From NCBI GenBank assembly GCA_964106915.2, contig OZ066928.1: 64,000 nt of DNA. The stretch is one strand, 5' to 3'. The notes below the pieces were generated by a model, which ran no database searches, was not told where the DNA came from, and worked only from the letters and a program-made list of their open reading frames with translations. Source of the stretch: Podarcis gaigeae. Taxonomy: Eukaryota. A program made the position numbers and the translations under genes. Shown in pieces: positions 35,003 through 49,225 of the stretch (positions within the stretch are counted from its first letter, which is position 1; every line of letters starts with the position of its first letter).

Positions 35003-36112
35003 TCTTACTTATTAGCAGCCCCCAATAATCCCACCACCCTTTCATCCCTTGGGGGCAGTGCCACCCAGTTTGGGAACCACTGGACTATCCTATCTTACAA
35101 GGGTTTTTGTAAGGATAAAAGGAGTGGTGAACAGAGCTGCGGTCACACTGCCCTAAGCCCTTTGGAAGAAAGGGAGAAATAGAAATGCAGTATATACTCT
35201 TTTAACTCTTGACACCCTCAGGCAGTTAATATTTGCTAATGAAGAGAGGATGTGAATTGAAATATCTATGAGATGCTCAGTGGGACTCTAGGAATGAAGA
35301 GATAATTTGGTTAATAGAGATGCATGTTGATTTCACTTCTTGTAATTTCATTCAGCTCTTTTCTGATCTTCAGCTGCTGTATTCATCTTTGCTTTGCCAG
35401 TCTTTTTACTGTGACGACCTTTTGCTGTTACAATGTGAGGTATTCCTGCCTCTCCCTAATGAAAAGGAAAACCTTTTTGCCACATCTCTCTCCTGACCTT
35501 GGCGTACTTGGGAGCCAGTGCACTCAAATAGGAGAGCAGGGAATAATAATTGCACTCTTTGTGCTGTCTCTCTCGAGCATTGATACCTGCAGCTCTTGTG
35601 CCTTGACAGTTAAATCTGAAGATTACAATTGTTTTGGGAGAATCACAGTTACTTTGCTCTGCTCCTGCAAGCAGTGTTTTATTATTCAGTTAAAAATGTG
35701 TATTTTTGGAATAGGTCTCCAGTAGATCTAAGGAAATTAGATCTGTGACTGGTTGTCTGGGTCTTTTTCTATCTGTGTCAAACTGACAGTTATGTTGGCA
35801 TTGGGTCAAACTACACATTACATGTGAACACTGCGTGGGAGCCATTGTGGTGGGAGTGCTGGGTTAGAGTACTGGGAGACTGGGGTTCAACTCACCACTT
35901 AGCCATGAGCTCACTGGGTGTCTTTGGGCTGGTCACCACCTCTCAGTCTAAACTACCTCACAGGGTTCTTGTGGGGATAACATGGAGAGGAGAAACATGT
36001 ACTCCAAGGTATCCTTGGAGAAAAGGGTGGGATAGAAGTGTAGCAGAAAGCAAACGACGAAGCACCTGTGACTGTTGCTTGACATACCTTTTCATCTTCA
36101 TTTTGGCCCTAG

Positions 36113-36300
36113 AAGCATTGTAGCTCAGAGCATCTGTTTCACATGCAGAAAGTCCCAGGTTCAATCCCCATCATATCCAGGTAGAGATGGAAATGCTCTT
36201 GTCCTGAAACCCTGGAGAGCCACTGCCAGTCATTGCAGGTGATACTCAGCTAGATGGACCAGTGCTCTGACTTAATAGAAGGCATCTTCCAGTGTTCTTA
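36113..36300 (+). mobile_element. tRNA-derived SINE (Squam3-like)
   Basis: TGTAGCTCAG...GCAGAAAGTCCCAGGTTCAATCCCC (A/B boxes); body CTGAAACCCTGGAGAGCCACTGCCAGTC...CTAGATGGACCA. Confidence 0.8.
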
Positions 36301-38977
36301 TGTACTTTAGATAGGGGTGACTTTAGATGGTGGAAATGTGGCCAGAGTTACCCATTTCCCACCCAATCTTCTCAGTCTGTCCTCCTGAAGTGGCTTTTCA
36401 AGAATGCAAGAAGACTACCCATAGGTAGTTTGGCTCATAAAACTGTTTCTAAAACTTCACTTATGAGAGCAAGTTTAAGAGGACAGCACTAATCTGTCGT
36501 CCCCCTGTTTTGGGGTGACCCTCTGCTGAAGTTTGGGTTAAAGGAAATGGGGGAGGGGGGTTAGAGATGATGTGCAAGGGAACTTAGGGCCTGCTCAGAG
36601 ATGGGCACTTAATCTTTTAACTGTTGCTATATTTGCCTCAGTTCCCCAGACCAGTTACGGTACTCAATATTATATTTCTTGTTTTGAGTTGTGTGTGCGC
36701 ACCACAGACGCTGAGTAAAGTGGTTAAGCTCACCTCAGGAAACAGGTGTGTAGCAGTTATCTTTACTAGGCCAACACTAACATCTCTTTATACTTACACT
36801 ATTTACAGATGTTGCAAGTAGTCATCTCTGAGCTTATACAAAGTCCTGTCTGTGCTTGGCGCCACATGCCAAGTCCTGAGTTCAGTGGCTTACAAAGTCC
36901 TGCAACTCTTCACAAAATCTCCAAAGTGTTCCACAATTGCAATTCATCTCCACACTGTTGCAAGCTCTGCATCAAGGTTTTTCTCTGGAGGCCTTAGTTT
37001 CCTCCAGAGAGGAGTGAACTGGGATTTGCAGAGAAACACTCTATAAAGTGCCTTTAATGGATAACACATGGGACACGTCACACAACACTGAAATTTTGGT
37101 TGTTGACTTTACCAGTTCTACTTGATTGAAATTTCTGGGTGAGTCATGAGATTGAGATGCTGGGGCCAAGGCTGGATTTGCCAAAATGAAAAGATGTTTG
37201 TGCAGAAAGCTTCTGGAGAACTTGGAATCCCTTTTATGATATCCAATTGACTTGGGAGTTAAACAAGGATAGCTGATGTCTGAAATGTGTGCTTCTGAAG
37301 ATCCCAGGTGATTCAAGAAAGGAACCATGAAGCTTGCTGAATGTTCTCAAGGGAAAATATAAAGTTTACGTGTCCTGTCACTTGTGGAGTGTGACACAAC
37401 TGTGTTGTTTTTTGTTTTGCTTTGCTCAGAATATGCATATTGAGAAGTGGAGCATTATTCTCTGTTTAAGCCTAACTTGTTTTTCTTTAGTAGCCTGGTA
37501 ACCATAGGCAAACTTGAATTGCATTGAGGTGAGTCAATAGGTTGGTGTAGGAAGGATGAAGCACTGCATCCATCCAGGGCAGGCCACTTTCCCATCTCCT
37601 GGATGTGAGAACTTAGGATGTGCAACACCACTGCCTTTTTAGGGTTTGGAATGATCAGGAAAGGTCTGCCCTTTGTCAGGAAGAAAGACATCACATCATT
37701 GCTGTGCCAGCTAAAGCTAGTAAACTGCACCCATTGCCACCACCATACCCGCTCTTTTTGAGGGGGGGACATTGTGTTTCAGTCACACCCAGTTGCTTTC
37801 CATTGTGGTTCATTTGTATGTCCACCATACTTCCATATGGAAGTGTCCACCCACCACAGAGACCATATGGGTGCCTTCCAGATCTAATGTTCATAGAGAA
37901 AAATACAGTGGGAACTGTCCTAGAACAATGGGTTTTCTAGCTACACTATTTATGGGTTATACCATGCCCAGTTCTCTGGCTTCTTAAACTGTTTGTAGAA
38001 TCTCCGTTTATCCTCCTGATTTTCATTAATCTTAAAACTTTGATTAAAGCAGTTGTTGGTGGGGGAGGAAGTGTCTGTTACAAAGGCCAATAGCAATTAC
38101 ATCACAGGAATTTATTTAGATTTTACTTTCTTTCTTGAGGGGGGGGAGACTCCCAGAGGAATGACCATGTTAAGCTGTGAAGATACTGGCGGAGGAAGTG
38201 TGCTAAAAAGCAATTAGTTGAAAATTTAGCAAAGTAGATTGAAAACCAAGTCTCCCTTCCCTCAGAATTGGCAGACTCTTGGCTGAGGCAATCCATGTGT
38301 TGTATTCTGGGCAGGAATTATAAGGGATACAAAGGAAAGGGTGGGGAGAATTCTACAGAGAGAGATGGGTTTGGTTCTCCAGGAATATCTTTTTGGGCCA
38401 GGTGTGGACTTAGGTAGAACCGCTTAACAGGTACAACACACCAAAACAGATGGGATTTCTCAATGCCTTACTGTGGCCAAAAAAATAAGATTTATAAAGG
38501 AAATGTGTGCATGTGGGATGCTGTCTTTGACCATATTATTGTTTCTGTTTTGTGTCCCCCATCCCCCGCCCTGCTTTGTTAAAAAGCTAAGTAAAATGGG
38601 CAGATTGGCCTGCCTGGGGAATAAAACAGAACAGCTGGTGCAGTTCTAAGAAGAGCAGGGTAGAATAAATGGAAGGTTGCATGAAGCACCCCCTCTTTTC
38701 TTTTATAGAGGGAGTCAAATATGAAAAAGAGAAACCAGTCTTGCTCTGACAGTGAAGCAGAATGTTGATTTTGCTCAGCCCCTCCCCCTTGCCGTACCCC
38801 CATTTCTGGCATGCCTGTGGCACTCTTGTCAGATGCCCAAAAGTTTCCTCTTCCTTTAAATGGCTTTGCCCTTTATGTATATATTTCACTTAATTTATGA
38901 ATAATTTCCAAAATGATTAAACAAGAAAAACACCAACAACAAAAAGCAGATTTAAAAACAAGTTTAAATCCAGACTG

Positions 38978-38998
38978 GGATGGATGGATGGATGGATG

Positions 38999-39070
<72 letters not shown>
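38978..39070. repeat. Compound tetranucleotide microsatellite (GGAT)n(AGAT)n(AGAC)n
   Basis: Direct inspection. Confidence 0.97.
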
Positions 39071-40271
39071 TGTATATGTCTGATAGACAGACAGACATGT
39101 ATATATGCACTTGGAAAGGCTTGTTGGGAAACTAAGACCTCCAGCAGGCACCAACGGGATAATGGAGATGGCACCTGTCTGATATGCAGTGGGAAGAAGT
39201 TCTAGAGGACAGATGCCACCAAACTAAAGGCCTGTCATGCAGAACAGCCTCCCTCTTGATATGGTATCTACAGTATCAATCTTGAGGATAGCTGGGGTGT
39301 GGGAGTGGACTTTCCCATACTGACCAGGTCATCTAAGGAGGCTTTGTAAAAAAAATCCACTCCCACAACCTAGAATGGTAAGAATTGGGGACTACCAGTA
39401 TCACTATGCCTCAAAAGGCTCTCTTGTCAATAGTTTAGAAATCCCTTTTCCAGAACCTATGGGGGGTGGGGAGCAAGGATTATTGTCTCCTTCTGTCCTA
39501 TCTGCAGTTATTAGCGTTAAGGCATCCTTTCTCTCAGAGAAACATGCATTATGGGAATTGTGGATTTTAATGTAAAGGTGTCGGGTGACTCTAAATATAA
39601 ATTAAAGGAATGCCAAATGTAAGACTAAACAAAAGGGTAGAGACACAGGAAAAAAGAGAGTAAATGAGGTGGAAATTGCAGGCAAATAGACAATGGGAGA
39701 AAGTCTATGTAGCAAATTATTCTCATTTGCACAAAGAAATGCATCTTCATATTTTACAGAAATCTTTTAAGTTCTCTCAAAATACCTGTTCTAAATATAT
39801 CTTAAAAGCAGAACTGAATTGATTATTTTACAACAAAGAAGAAAACTAACGAAGATTGCAACCAACAACCAAACAAAACTATGTTGACTGACAGTCCTAA
39901 TCTACCTTATTAGATGTTGCAATTAACACTCTACATGTCATGATTTCATCATGGCAGAGGGAAATAAATGCAGGATCATTCCAGCTATGGCGCAACAGCA
40001 CAATATTGCTCCTTTCTCTTTTTGCCATAATGTTACAGATATGGGGTAACAGAATTTGGTGGCGCCAGGGCACCCATAATGGAACCCCAATCAGCAACCT
40101 GGCTGCTGCATTATGAACCAGTTGAAGTTTTATAGTCATCTTTAAGGACAACCTTAATAGCTGGGGAACTCTGAAAGTATTTGATACATGTTTATTATTA
40201 TTTTTGGAAATTTTATTATATACCGGTATATATTATATTATATATTAAGAATAGCAGGGACCCGCAACAAA

Positions 40272-41013
40272 ATGATATTTGCTTCTTCCAGTACACTGGC
40301 ATTAGTTTGCCTGTCTTCCCAAGTGATATGTAAAATTTTTTGGAGACACCATTGATGGAATCTTTTAAGGAGTTAGAGATGGTGTTTATAAATGGTCCAT
40401 GTTTCACAAGCATACAGTAAGGTTGGTAGTACAATAGCTTTGTAAACAAGCATTTTGGTTTCCCTGTGAATGTCCCAGTCCTCAAACACTCTGCACTTCA
40501 ATCGAGAGAAAGTTGCACTCTCAGAGCTCAGGCAATGTTGGATTTCAGCAGCAACGTCGGCCCTTGTGGAAAGATAGCTACCCAGGTAGGAGAAGTGATC
40601 AGCACTTTCCAACGTCACACCATTGAGTTGAATTTGTGTCACTGCAGAGCAATTGTTTTATGCTTGTTGGTGCAGCACTTTGGTTTTTTGGATGTTGAGT
40701 GATAGACCAAGCTTTTTCATAAGCTTCTGCGAGGCTATTTAGGATGGTTTGGAGGTCATCCTCAGAGTGTGCACACACTATGTTGTCATCAGCATACTGT
40801 AGTTTTATGACGGAAGTTAAGGTAACCTTACTCTTTTCTTTCAGCCTGTTCAGCTTAAGGAGCTTTCTATCTGTTCGATATATGATTTCTACTGGGTGTG
40901 GGGAGTTTCCATTCGACAAAGTGTAGAATCATAACAAATAGAGAAAATAATAAATAGTTGGGGCAATAATACAACCCTGTTTAACATCTGATCCTACTGT
41001 GAATGGTTCACAT
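40272..41013 (-). mobile_element. RTE-clade LINE (not Bov-B), degraded RT fragment
   Basis: Frameshifted pieces FTVGSDVKQGCIIAPT, LQYADDNIVCAHSEDDLQ, FSYLGS and VYKAIVLPTLLYACETWT. Confidence 0.9.
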
Positions 41014-42661
41014 TGAAGCTGGGGGGGGGGGGCTAGCCAGGATTTTTGCCCTAGGTGAAGCCCCCAGAGGGGTACTATTGAGGCTTCTAGTCTCTGTGTG
41101 TGTACGCAAATGTGCATGGGGAGGGGGTCTGTTACCCGGGTGAAATAAAGCCTAATTTCGTCCCTGGTTGGAGACCTTTGGAGGAGGCATTTTTTAAAAA
41201 AAGTTTTTTTATAAACTGCCCTAGTAGGGCAGTAATTGCTTCTTGATAATTTGTCACCCCCTCCATCATGGAACCTGGGGCGGCCTGCCCCCCTTCTTAC
41301 ACCCCTGGTTCTGCCTTCACAGCAGTGCATGGTGTTATTCCTACTTCCTTTCTGTTTCCCAAGAACCCTTCTTCCAAGCAACCCCCCATCTGCTTTCTCC
41401 CCTTATGCAGACACCTGTTTTTCAAAAGGACACATTTTTCCTGTGTGACATCTCGCCTCCTGTAACCTTCCCCTCACCAGCAGAGTACCTCTTGCTGCTA
41501 TTATGGATTCCATTGATGTATTAATGACTTGCTTCCAGCACTTTTTGTCATTCTTACCAACTTCTATACCTGGCCTGGCACCTTCTCTCCCATACTCCAA
41601 ATATTAAATTCTACCATTCATTAATTTCCTGATTCGAGCACCCCCTAACTCTGTTATCCCAGAGCTGTAATAAAGGATTCCCAGAGGCATCTGCTTGGCC
41701 ATTGTAAGAACAGGATGCTGGACTAGATGGGGGGGGGGCGCATAAGGTTATCCAGCCCTGTGATATAAAATCCAATTTAGAAACAGAAGAAATGGTGATG
41801 ATTGATGATAGAAAGACAATTGCTCTTGATTTCTGCAGTAGTCTTGTATCATTTTTATTTTTTTATTTTGTGTTTATGTAAATCAAGAAATTGATGGGGG
41901 TGGAAAAATAATATTTATACTAAAAATGAAGGTGGAGAATGGGGGACAAAAAAAAAACCCAGAAATGTAGACATTAAAAAGGCCTTTTGGTTTGAAAGCA
42001 TAGCACACCCAAGACCCATGCAGGGTACATTTTGTGAGTTCAGCTGGAGCAATGTCACTCTTGTTAGATTTGCATAATCTAAGGGGGGGGGGATTCGGCC
42101 ACTGCAATAACGCTCCAAATCCAATAGTTTCTTCTGTTTTGTCTGTCTCTGTGTTCTTCCTTCACATTTGCCCCTTCTCCAGACATAAAACCAGGCATAG
42201 TGCAACCCTTTCGTTTTTACATCTTCTCCTCCCCTCTCCATTAAGGAGTATGGCACCACCTGCTTAATTTTGGGTTACAAAGAATCTAAGCATTTTTCAA
42301 ATTATTCACACGCACAAGCTGCCTGCTAACTCCTTTTTAAACTTGAATTAAATCAGGTTTGATGGGAAAATTTAACTCTGCATATACTAATCACCTGAGA
42401 AAATTATTTCAGGCTCTGTCATAATAATTGCGAAAGGTGCAGCCTAAGTTTTTTAAAACAACACAGCAACAACAACATTTATTATATATTTCATTGCATT
42501 TATATGTCACCTTTTCCTCCAAGGAGCTCACGGTAATATACGTTGTTATTTCCCCTTCTCATTTAATTCCCACAACAACCTTGGGTGACGGGCAGGACAT
42601 GCCCTCTGTCTTAAACAGCAAAAGTTCCCTTTGGCACTTAGCACAGAGTTTCTGTTGGTGG

Positions 42662-42836
42662 GGAAGGGCTGTAGCTCAGTGGTAGAACACTTGCTTCATG
42701 TGCAGAAAGCTTCAGGTTTAATTCCCAACATCTCCTGGTAAGGATAGGGTTGGCTCCTGCCAGAAATCCTGAAGAACTGCTCCTGTTGGTGTCAACACTA
42801 TTGAGCAAGATGGATGAATTACGGTATCTGACTCAG
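42662..42836 (+). mobile_element. tRNA-derived SINE (Squam3-like)
   Basis: GGGCTGTAGCTCAGTGGTAGAACACTTGC...CAGGTTTAATTCCC head plus the family body. Confidence 0.75.
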
Positions 42837-43420
42837 GAGCACAGAAAGCTGTCTTATACTATCTAGTTGTTCATGCAGCTCATGCATTCATAATGGTCAC
42901 CAAAGACTTCTAGGGTCAAAGCCAGTGGTCTGTGTGAAATGATCTAAAGGGTTAGTTGGGCTGAGTTGTATTAGAGAACTTTCAAACCATTTATGGATTC
43001 ATGCAATTACCCAGTGTTTTATTCCAGTAGTCCATGGCCATACATCATTCCTCACTCCACAGCCTCACATGCCATGCTGTGTTCAGTGGCGTGGTGTTGA
43101 ATTTTAATAGTGCTGGCAGTTTTGAACAGAGAAAGTAGAAGCACCAGACCCCAACTCAGCAGACCACTGCCCTGTTACACTCTTAGTAGCTAAGAATAAA
43201 GCTATTAATTTGAGAATCTAGATCCCCAGTGCCCTAATGCATGTAAGTTGCCTGGTGAAATGTGTATGATTGCTAATGATTGTGCAGGTTTTCATGAAGG
43301 CATGTCTAATTAGGGTGTGAAGGCTGCTAAAAAGTTGTAGTATGACTTGGCAATTGAAAAAAAATGGTTAAATTTATTTAGTTTTGCTTGGTAAGTAAAA
43401 TGTATGTGAAATTGCATATA

Positions 43421-43923
43421 CCATACTTTTCTGTGTATAAGACTAGGTGGTTTTTTTTACTGAAAAAGGTGGTTTAAAAATCTGGGGTATCTTATACACA
43501 GGTCGTGGGTATGGGTGATGGGTGATTGGTTGAAGCCGTGAGCTGCAGACTGTCATTGGCGATTTGTAGTGTGATTGGTGACTGCAGCAAGAATTTCTTT
43601 GCATTGGCTGTGGGAAATGGGTGTGTCAGGGATTGCTGAGGATTGGCTGCCGCTGCGGCAATTGTGCTTGCTATAGACTTCCACTATTGGCGATCGGGTA
43701 GACGCTTGTAGCAGACACAAGCAATCGTTAACAAGCGGGACGAGCAATTGCAACCATCAGGTTAGTGATTTGCTGCATCCCCCCCCCAAAAAGCTCAATA
43801 ACTCTGGGCAGTTCTCCCCCCAAAAGCTCAACAACTCCTATCCTTTGGGCCATTTTCTGAAATTGGAGTCCCGCCAAGTAGGCGTCATATACAAAGGAGC
43901 GTGTTATACACGGAAAAGTACAG
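43421..43923. mobile_element. Tc1/mariner-superfamily non-autonomous element
   Basis: Imperfect TIR CCATACTTTTCTGTGTATAA / TTATACACGGAAAAGTACAG, flanked by TA on both sides. Confidence 0.8.
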
Positions 43924-46839
43924 TAAATTGTTAAAAACTATTGCCAAGTCATCATCATTATTATTAAGCATTACCTGACATTTTCAGAAATTAAAATTGT
44001 TTGATTTTCCAAAAGCAGTTTATTTGCTTCTTCATCATAGACTTACCAAGCTAAATGTTGTCCAATCACAAAATAGCATGTGATAGCAGATTTGAATTCC
44101 TCACACCTGAAAAACCTATTTTTAAGACCCATCACTGAAAAAAATTGCAGAACTTAAGTTACACCCCCTAAAATGACATGCCCTAATACCTAGTAAGTAT
44201 GAAATGGCACCATTGACAAAGGATTCTGAATATTGCCTAGTCATTATGGATGATGAAGGATGTGACTTGATGCCTTGGATGGTGCCTGACTCACCTGCAT
44301 AGCCTCAGTATCAGTTTCACACATTGACCAGGAAATGTGGATAGTCCCCAAGGGGAAAATAGGTTCATTTGCTGGTCAGTGTGCACATTACCTATTTGAT
44401 ATTGCCTACTTATATGCATTCTCCATCATTTGGAGGATCTGCATGTTTGCTTCAGTGAGCAAAATCTTCTGTTCATGTGCGCCCATTTTCCAAGTCTTCA
44501 TCACTGTTCATTGAGATTTTTTTCAATTGAATTTGGTAAATTGCAGCCTTAAGACCAAATGGTTGATGCATATAGTGTATATTCAATTTGGGCTTTCCCT
44601 AACTGCAAGCCCCTCGCACCCTTCACACCAGTAGTAAACTGGATTAATCAGTACCCACTAGAAAAGAGATACTGAACTGTATGGGTTCTTTGTGTGGCAT
44701 TCCATTGTTTGGTCAACCCACCTGCACTTGTTTTAGTCTGTCCTTTGCAGCAGCAGGTGTCTGCACCAGGTGCTTGCAGGTCTGGAATGTACTCATTTAA
44801 CAGCACAAGCTTTCTCTGTGTCTTTTAGAAAGCAACTCTTTGTGTTTTTAAGCCCCTTTTATACATCTGACAAGCAAGTCCCGTTTAAGTCAGTTAAATC
44901 AGTTAGTAAAATCAACTCTGAATATGTGTCAGATAACAACAAAAAAGCAATAGTTGTGCAAATTAATCCATTGTAGCTCTGCAACTGTGTGCTCTTATAT
45001 TCTGTAGAGTTGGAACGAAGAAGCGTTTTGCTGTCATTATTAAATAACACACCCTATAAAGAGAAACAGTGTTAGCATAGTGACATTTGCCGAGGTGACT
45101 TTGAGATAGAATGCAGTGGAAATTGCAGATGCCTTTTATGTTCTCGTTAAGGCATTCAAAGGCAGAAACTCCTTTAACACATGATCACCAAAGCAAGTTT
45201 ATCTTGCTTAATGAAGTTACACTAAAGCTTATAATTTGTTCCTGAATTTTACAGATTGTTATATATATCCAGAACTTCAACTACTAAGGTTTCCAGGATC
45301 CTGACCTAAAACTGCCACAGTTTTACTGGAACTTGCTCTCTAGCAGAGGTAGCCAATGTGGACTCCAACTCCCATCAGCCCCAGCCAGCATGGGCAATGG
45401 CCAAAGATGGTGGGAATCGGAGGGCACCATGTTAGTTACCTCTGCTGTGCTTTCTTTCATTCCTTGCAAGTATAATAGCTTTGTTTCAACATTCTGGCCC
45501 ACCCATCCTCTGCAGATCTTTAGATCCATGGTTGTCAGACTAGGATGCTGGTGACATCCCTTTCCAGTTTTCCCTGTTTGAAAGCTGCTGCCCATCTTCT
45601 CCAGTTTAAGTCTGAGGGAAGCCCAATCAATAGATCCAATTATTAGGAGATTCTTGGGCACGAGCCAGAAGTTCACTCTTCAACACTCTTCAACACTAAC
45701 TTGTTGTGCAATAGCTCAGGTTTAGGCCCAGACACTAGATTCAGATCATGGCAAGTCAAACCATGACCAAACCAGCAGGTAAAGAATACATATTTATTTA
45801 AAGATTTGAAATAGGCTTAGTTTGGACCAAAAAAAGGAGGAAAAGATATTTGATATTAAGTTTTGTATTTTTCTCTATAAACCCAAATGATTTTTTTAAA
45901 GAACAAAAATAGCAGCTACAGAAAGATCTTGTTGCTCAATAGAATAAAAGAGTTACATAAAAGATTGCAAGCTCTAGACATCTTGATGGGGAAGAGCAGG
46001 TACAATAAAACAATCTATTTTAACTAAACCTAATACTTCACCATCATTCTCTGCCCACTGCCCCATGAGAAATGGCTGCAGAGTCCAAGTCCAGCTGTAA
46101 GTATCGAACAAGGGAAGCAGAATGCTAGTTAGGATTTAGCCGGGGACCTTGATTGATTGATACAAATGGGTTTTATACAGCTGGACATCTTTGTCCAAGT
46201 CAGCCAACTCTGAGACTCCTTAGCTGTAACTTCCCATGACCCAGAGCAGGAAATGATAAAAAGGGAGGTGTCTCTCTCTCTCTCTCTATGGCACAGCTGG
46301 ATAATTGCTTTAATTGCTGAAGTCTTAGAATGGCTTTGAAGGGTTGCCAACCAAATAAGCAGGTGCTGTAAATCTGCCTGCTATCTGAGAATGAGCGACC
46401 AGGAATGAGTGTCCGGAGCGTCACCATTCTCATAAATCCATCCCTCTCAGCTGAATCCAAGTTTGGTTACTCCCCCCAACCCTAGGGGTTAACCCTTTGT
46501 TGGAGGCAAAGGTGTTGCAGGAGTTGTGTAGGCTCCCTGCATATTTGAGAAATGCAGAAGATCAGAGCTTTAGATCTTGTAAGGATCTTATGCATGTAGA
46601 AAGGGTGCCTTGCTTCAGGAGCAATTCCTCCAATTCTTGGAGGGTGATGGAGATGGTAATGGAAGATGTGTGTGTTTGGGGGAGCTATTGTGCTTGAGTC
46701 CACTTTCCCACATTACGTTAGGGATTGAAAGGCCAGGATAGGGCTTTTGCAACCTGAGCTTTCATGCTGCTGAATTCCTGGTTATTTAAATAAGAGTTCT
46801 CCCAGAACATGCATTAATTCATTTTTTCCCTTTCTCTCT

Positions 46840-46842
<3 letters not shown>

Positions 46843-46885
<43 letters not shown>

Positions 46886-46892
46886 ACACACA
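46843..46892. repeat. (CA)n microsatellite
   Basis: Direct inspection. Confidence 0.95.
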
Positions 46893-47652
46893 CCCTTCTT
46901 CCATCATGAAACTCAAGGGCCAAGTAAGTGAAATTCCCAGGTGGTCTCTTCCCCCTGCCCCACCAGGCACTGCTGCATCATGTGATTTTTCATTCCATAG
47001 TCCTGGCATTTGGATGCAAACATTAGCTGAACCTTAATTGTCGTTTGATTCACAGTCTCTTTCTCTCTCTGCCCCCCTCCTCAGTTAGCCTTTATCCCTG
47101 ACTCGTACCCACATTGCATGCATATTATACATGCCTACCAGGCTGCTCAAATACAATGCTGCACTGTGCGTGCACATAAATGTACAGACAGAGATCAGAT
47201 TGTAATAGCTAAACTTAATCAAATAATTGTTTTCTTTCCCCCGAAGGTGAAAGCAAACAAACATAGATTCCTGAGAATCCTGCTATTACAACTCATTTTA
47301 TCTTTCCCTCCCAATTTAGTAATTTTGCATACTCTAGATTTTCTTCTCATCCCTCTTCTAATTTTGTGGTCCTCTTGCTGTCTAGCTAGCTTCCCTTCTC
47401 TGTCTCCTTTCTCCTCCTTACGTCTTTCTCATGGCTTCTTTAGGACAGAATTATATGATAGCCAGTGTGTTTGGTTCCTTTGCTCTTTTCTCCTGCATTG
47501 CCCTGGTCTGGTCTTGTGGAGGAGCCCACAGAGCAAGGCAGATCCATTGTTGCAGCACCATGGACAGCAACTAGCGCTGGAAGTGACTTGAGCACTTGTA
47601 AGCCTCTCCCATCTCTTCGCCTAGACTGTGCCCCCTTATGGGGAACTTGGAG

Positions 47653-48010
47653 CAGTGGCTCCTAATTTTTTTTTCCAGAGAATCCTTTTGGTTCCATGAA
47701 CTCAATCCCCATGCCCCCACGCCCTCCAGCCTACCCTATAGAAAGCATTATTCAGAACAGTGAGTTGCACAACCCACTAAGGAAGGCAATAACACAATAG
47801 AATTCAAAGCAGTAACAATCAATTACACATTTAGTCAAAATCCAGCTAAATGTATTTAGTTTAATTAATTCAACTAAACTGGTGAACTTGATCCAATAAT
47901 ACCAGTTTTTCTAAATCTGATAGACATTTATACTTCCAGTGTCCCCTGCCCACCTTTCCTTTTAGTACCCCTTGGTAATCCCACTGCTCTCCAGGGTCAT
48001 TATCACCCAA
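47653..48010. mobile_element. Old hAT-like non-autonomous element
   Basis: Starts CAGTGGCTCCTAA. Its core TTAATTAATTCAACTAAACTGGTGAACTTGATCCA recurs inverted at 51430-51465 and, more weakly, near 16730. Confidence 0.6.
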
Positions 48011-49049
48011 TTTTGGCTTAAAGGGTTGACCCTTTGGCCTGAAGATGAGCATGTCTTCTGCATCTCTGGTATGCTACCTGTTCCCCTAGATTGGTGGTGT
48101 CCTGTAGAAGGCATTCAGTTCCTCACAATGAATGGAAGGCATTTGTGAGGGCTCTGATGTCGGTCCTACACAGACCTTGATACTCTGAGGAATAAGGCTT
48201 GGTAGACTGTTGCCTACTAGCCTTGGGTTCAGTGGTCCCTTGCTCAGCAGCACCAGGCTCAGATCAAAGTACCCAGCCTGGCTTCTAAACTGGTCACACC
48301 GTAGCCTCTAATACTGTTCTCTGGTCACTGCCAGCCTCTGGGTACATGACACCCATCAAGGTTAGTGGTGTGATCTGAGGATGTCTCATCATGCATTTTG
48401 ACACCTTTAATTGGTTTCTGCTCCTGCAGGTGGAGATGGCTTCACATGTTTTGTGTCACTGAATGTAATGGAAAGAGGGAGAGAGAGGAAATGCAGGCCC
48501 CCCAATCGTGGCAAACAGCTGTACACGGGCCATATGTGAAGTGGTTTGTAATTCTTATACAATGCATTTTAGGTTCTTTCAGAAGCGTGTAATGATAATG
48601 AAGATGAGGATTGTAAGTTTTCTGATTTACCAACCTGGTAGGTGAGATAGAACTATGATTTTTTTTTTTTTAAGGGGAGAGGAGAGAAAAAATAAAAAAT
48701 TATGCCCAGTTCAGTTTTTGTAAGAGATTAACTTAGGTGACAAGCCTATGTCATTTATCAATAAACGGGGTGGGGAATGGCTGTATTAGTAATCCACCCA
48801 CCTTCCCCATTTTGTATAATGATCTTGAGCTAATTAAACTAGCTCTGGCTGGAGGAAAGAGATCAGAATGGTACTGCTTGATGATTCATTTTATTAAAAC
48901 TTCACCATGCATTAATAGAATATTATGGAAGGTTCTCTGCATGGAAAGTACTCTATCCTTAACAGTCATAACTCCCCCATTGCTTTTCAATTCTGTTCCT
49001 TTGCTCTGGCCTGCCTCTTTCAGAATGATTTTTTCTATTTGTTGTTTAT

Positions 49050-49225
49050 TGAACTTATATCCCAGCCTTTTTTCCAAGGAGCTCTAGGTTGCCTTTAATT
49101 CTCACATCATCCCAGTGAGGTAGGTTAGGCTGAGAGGCAGTGACTGGCCCAAGGTCACCCAGTGAGCTTCATGGTACAGTCAGGATTTGAATCCTGGTCT
49201 CCCAGGCCCTAGTCCAACACTCTAA
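49050..49225 (-). mobile_element. MIR/CORE-like SINE remnant
   Basis: GTGAGGTAGGTTAGGCTGAGAGGCAGTGACTGGCCCAAGGTCACCCAGTGAGCTTC...GGATTTGAATCC. A related forward copy lies at ~35840-36035. Confidence 0.7.

Noticed and set aside
49116-49135. let-7-like TGAGGTAGGT seed
   Set aside because: It is part of a MIR-like SINE and there is no pre-miRNA hairpin.
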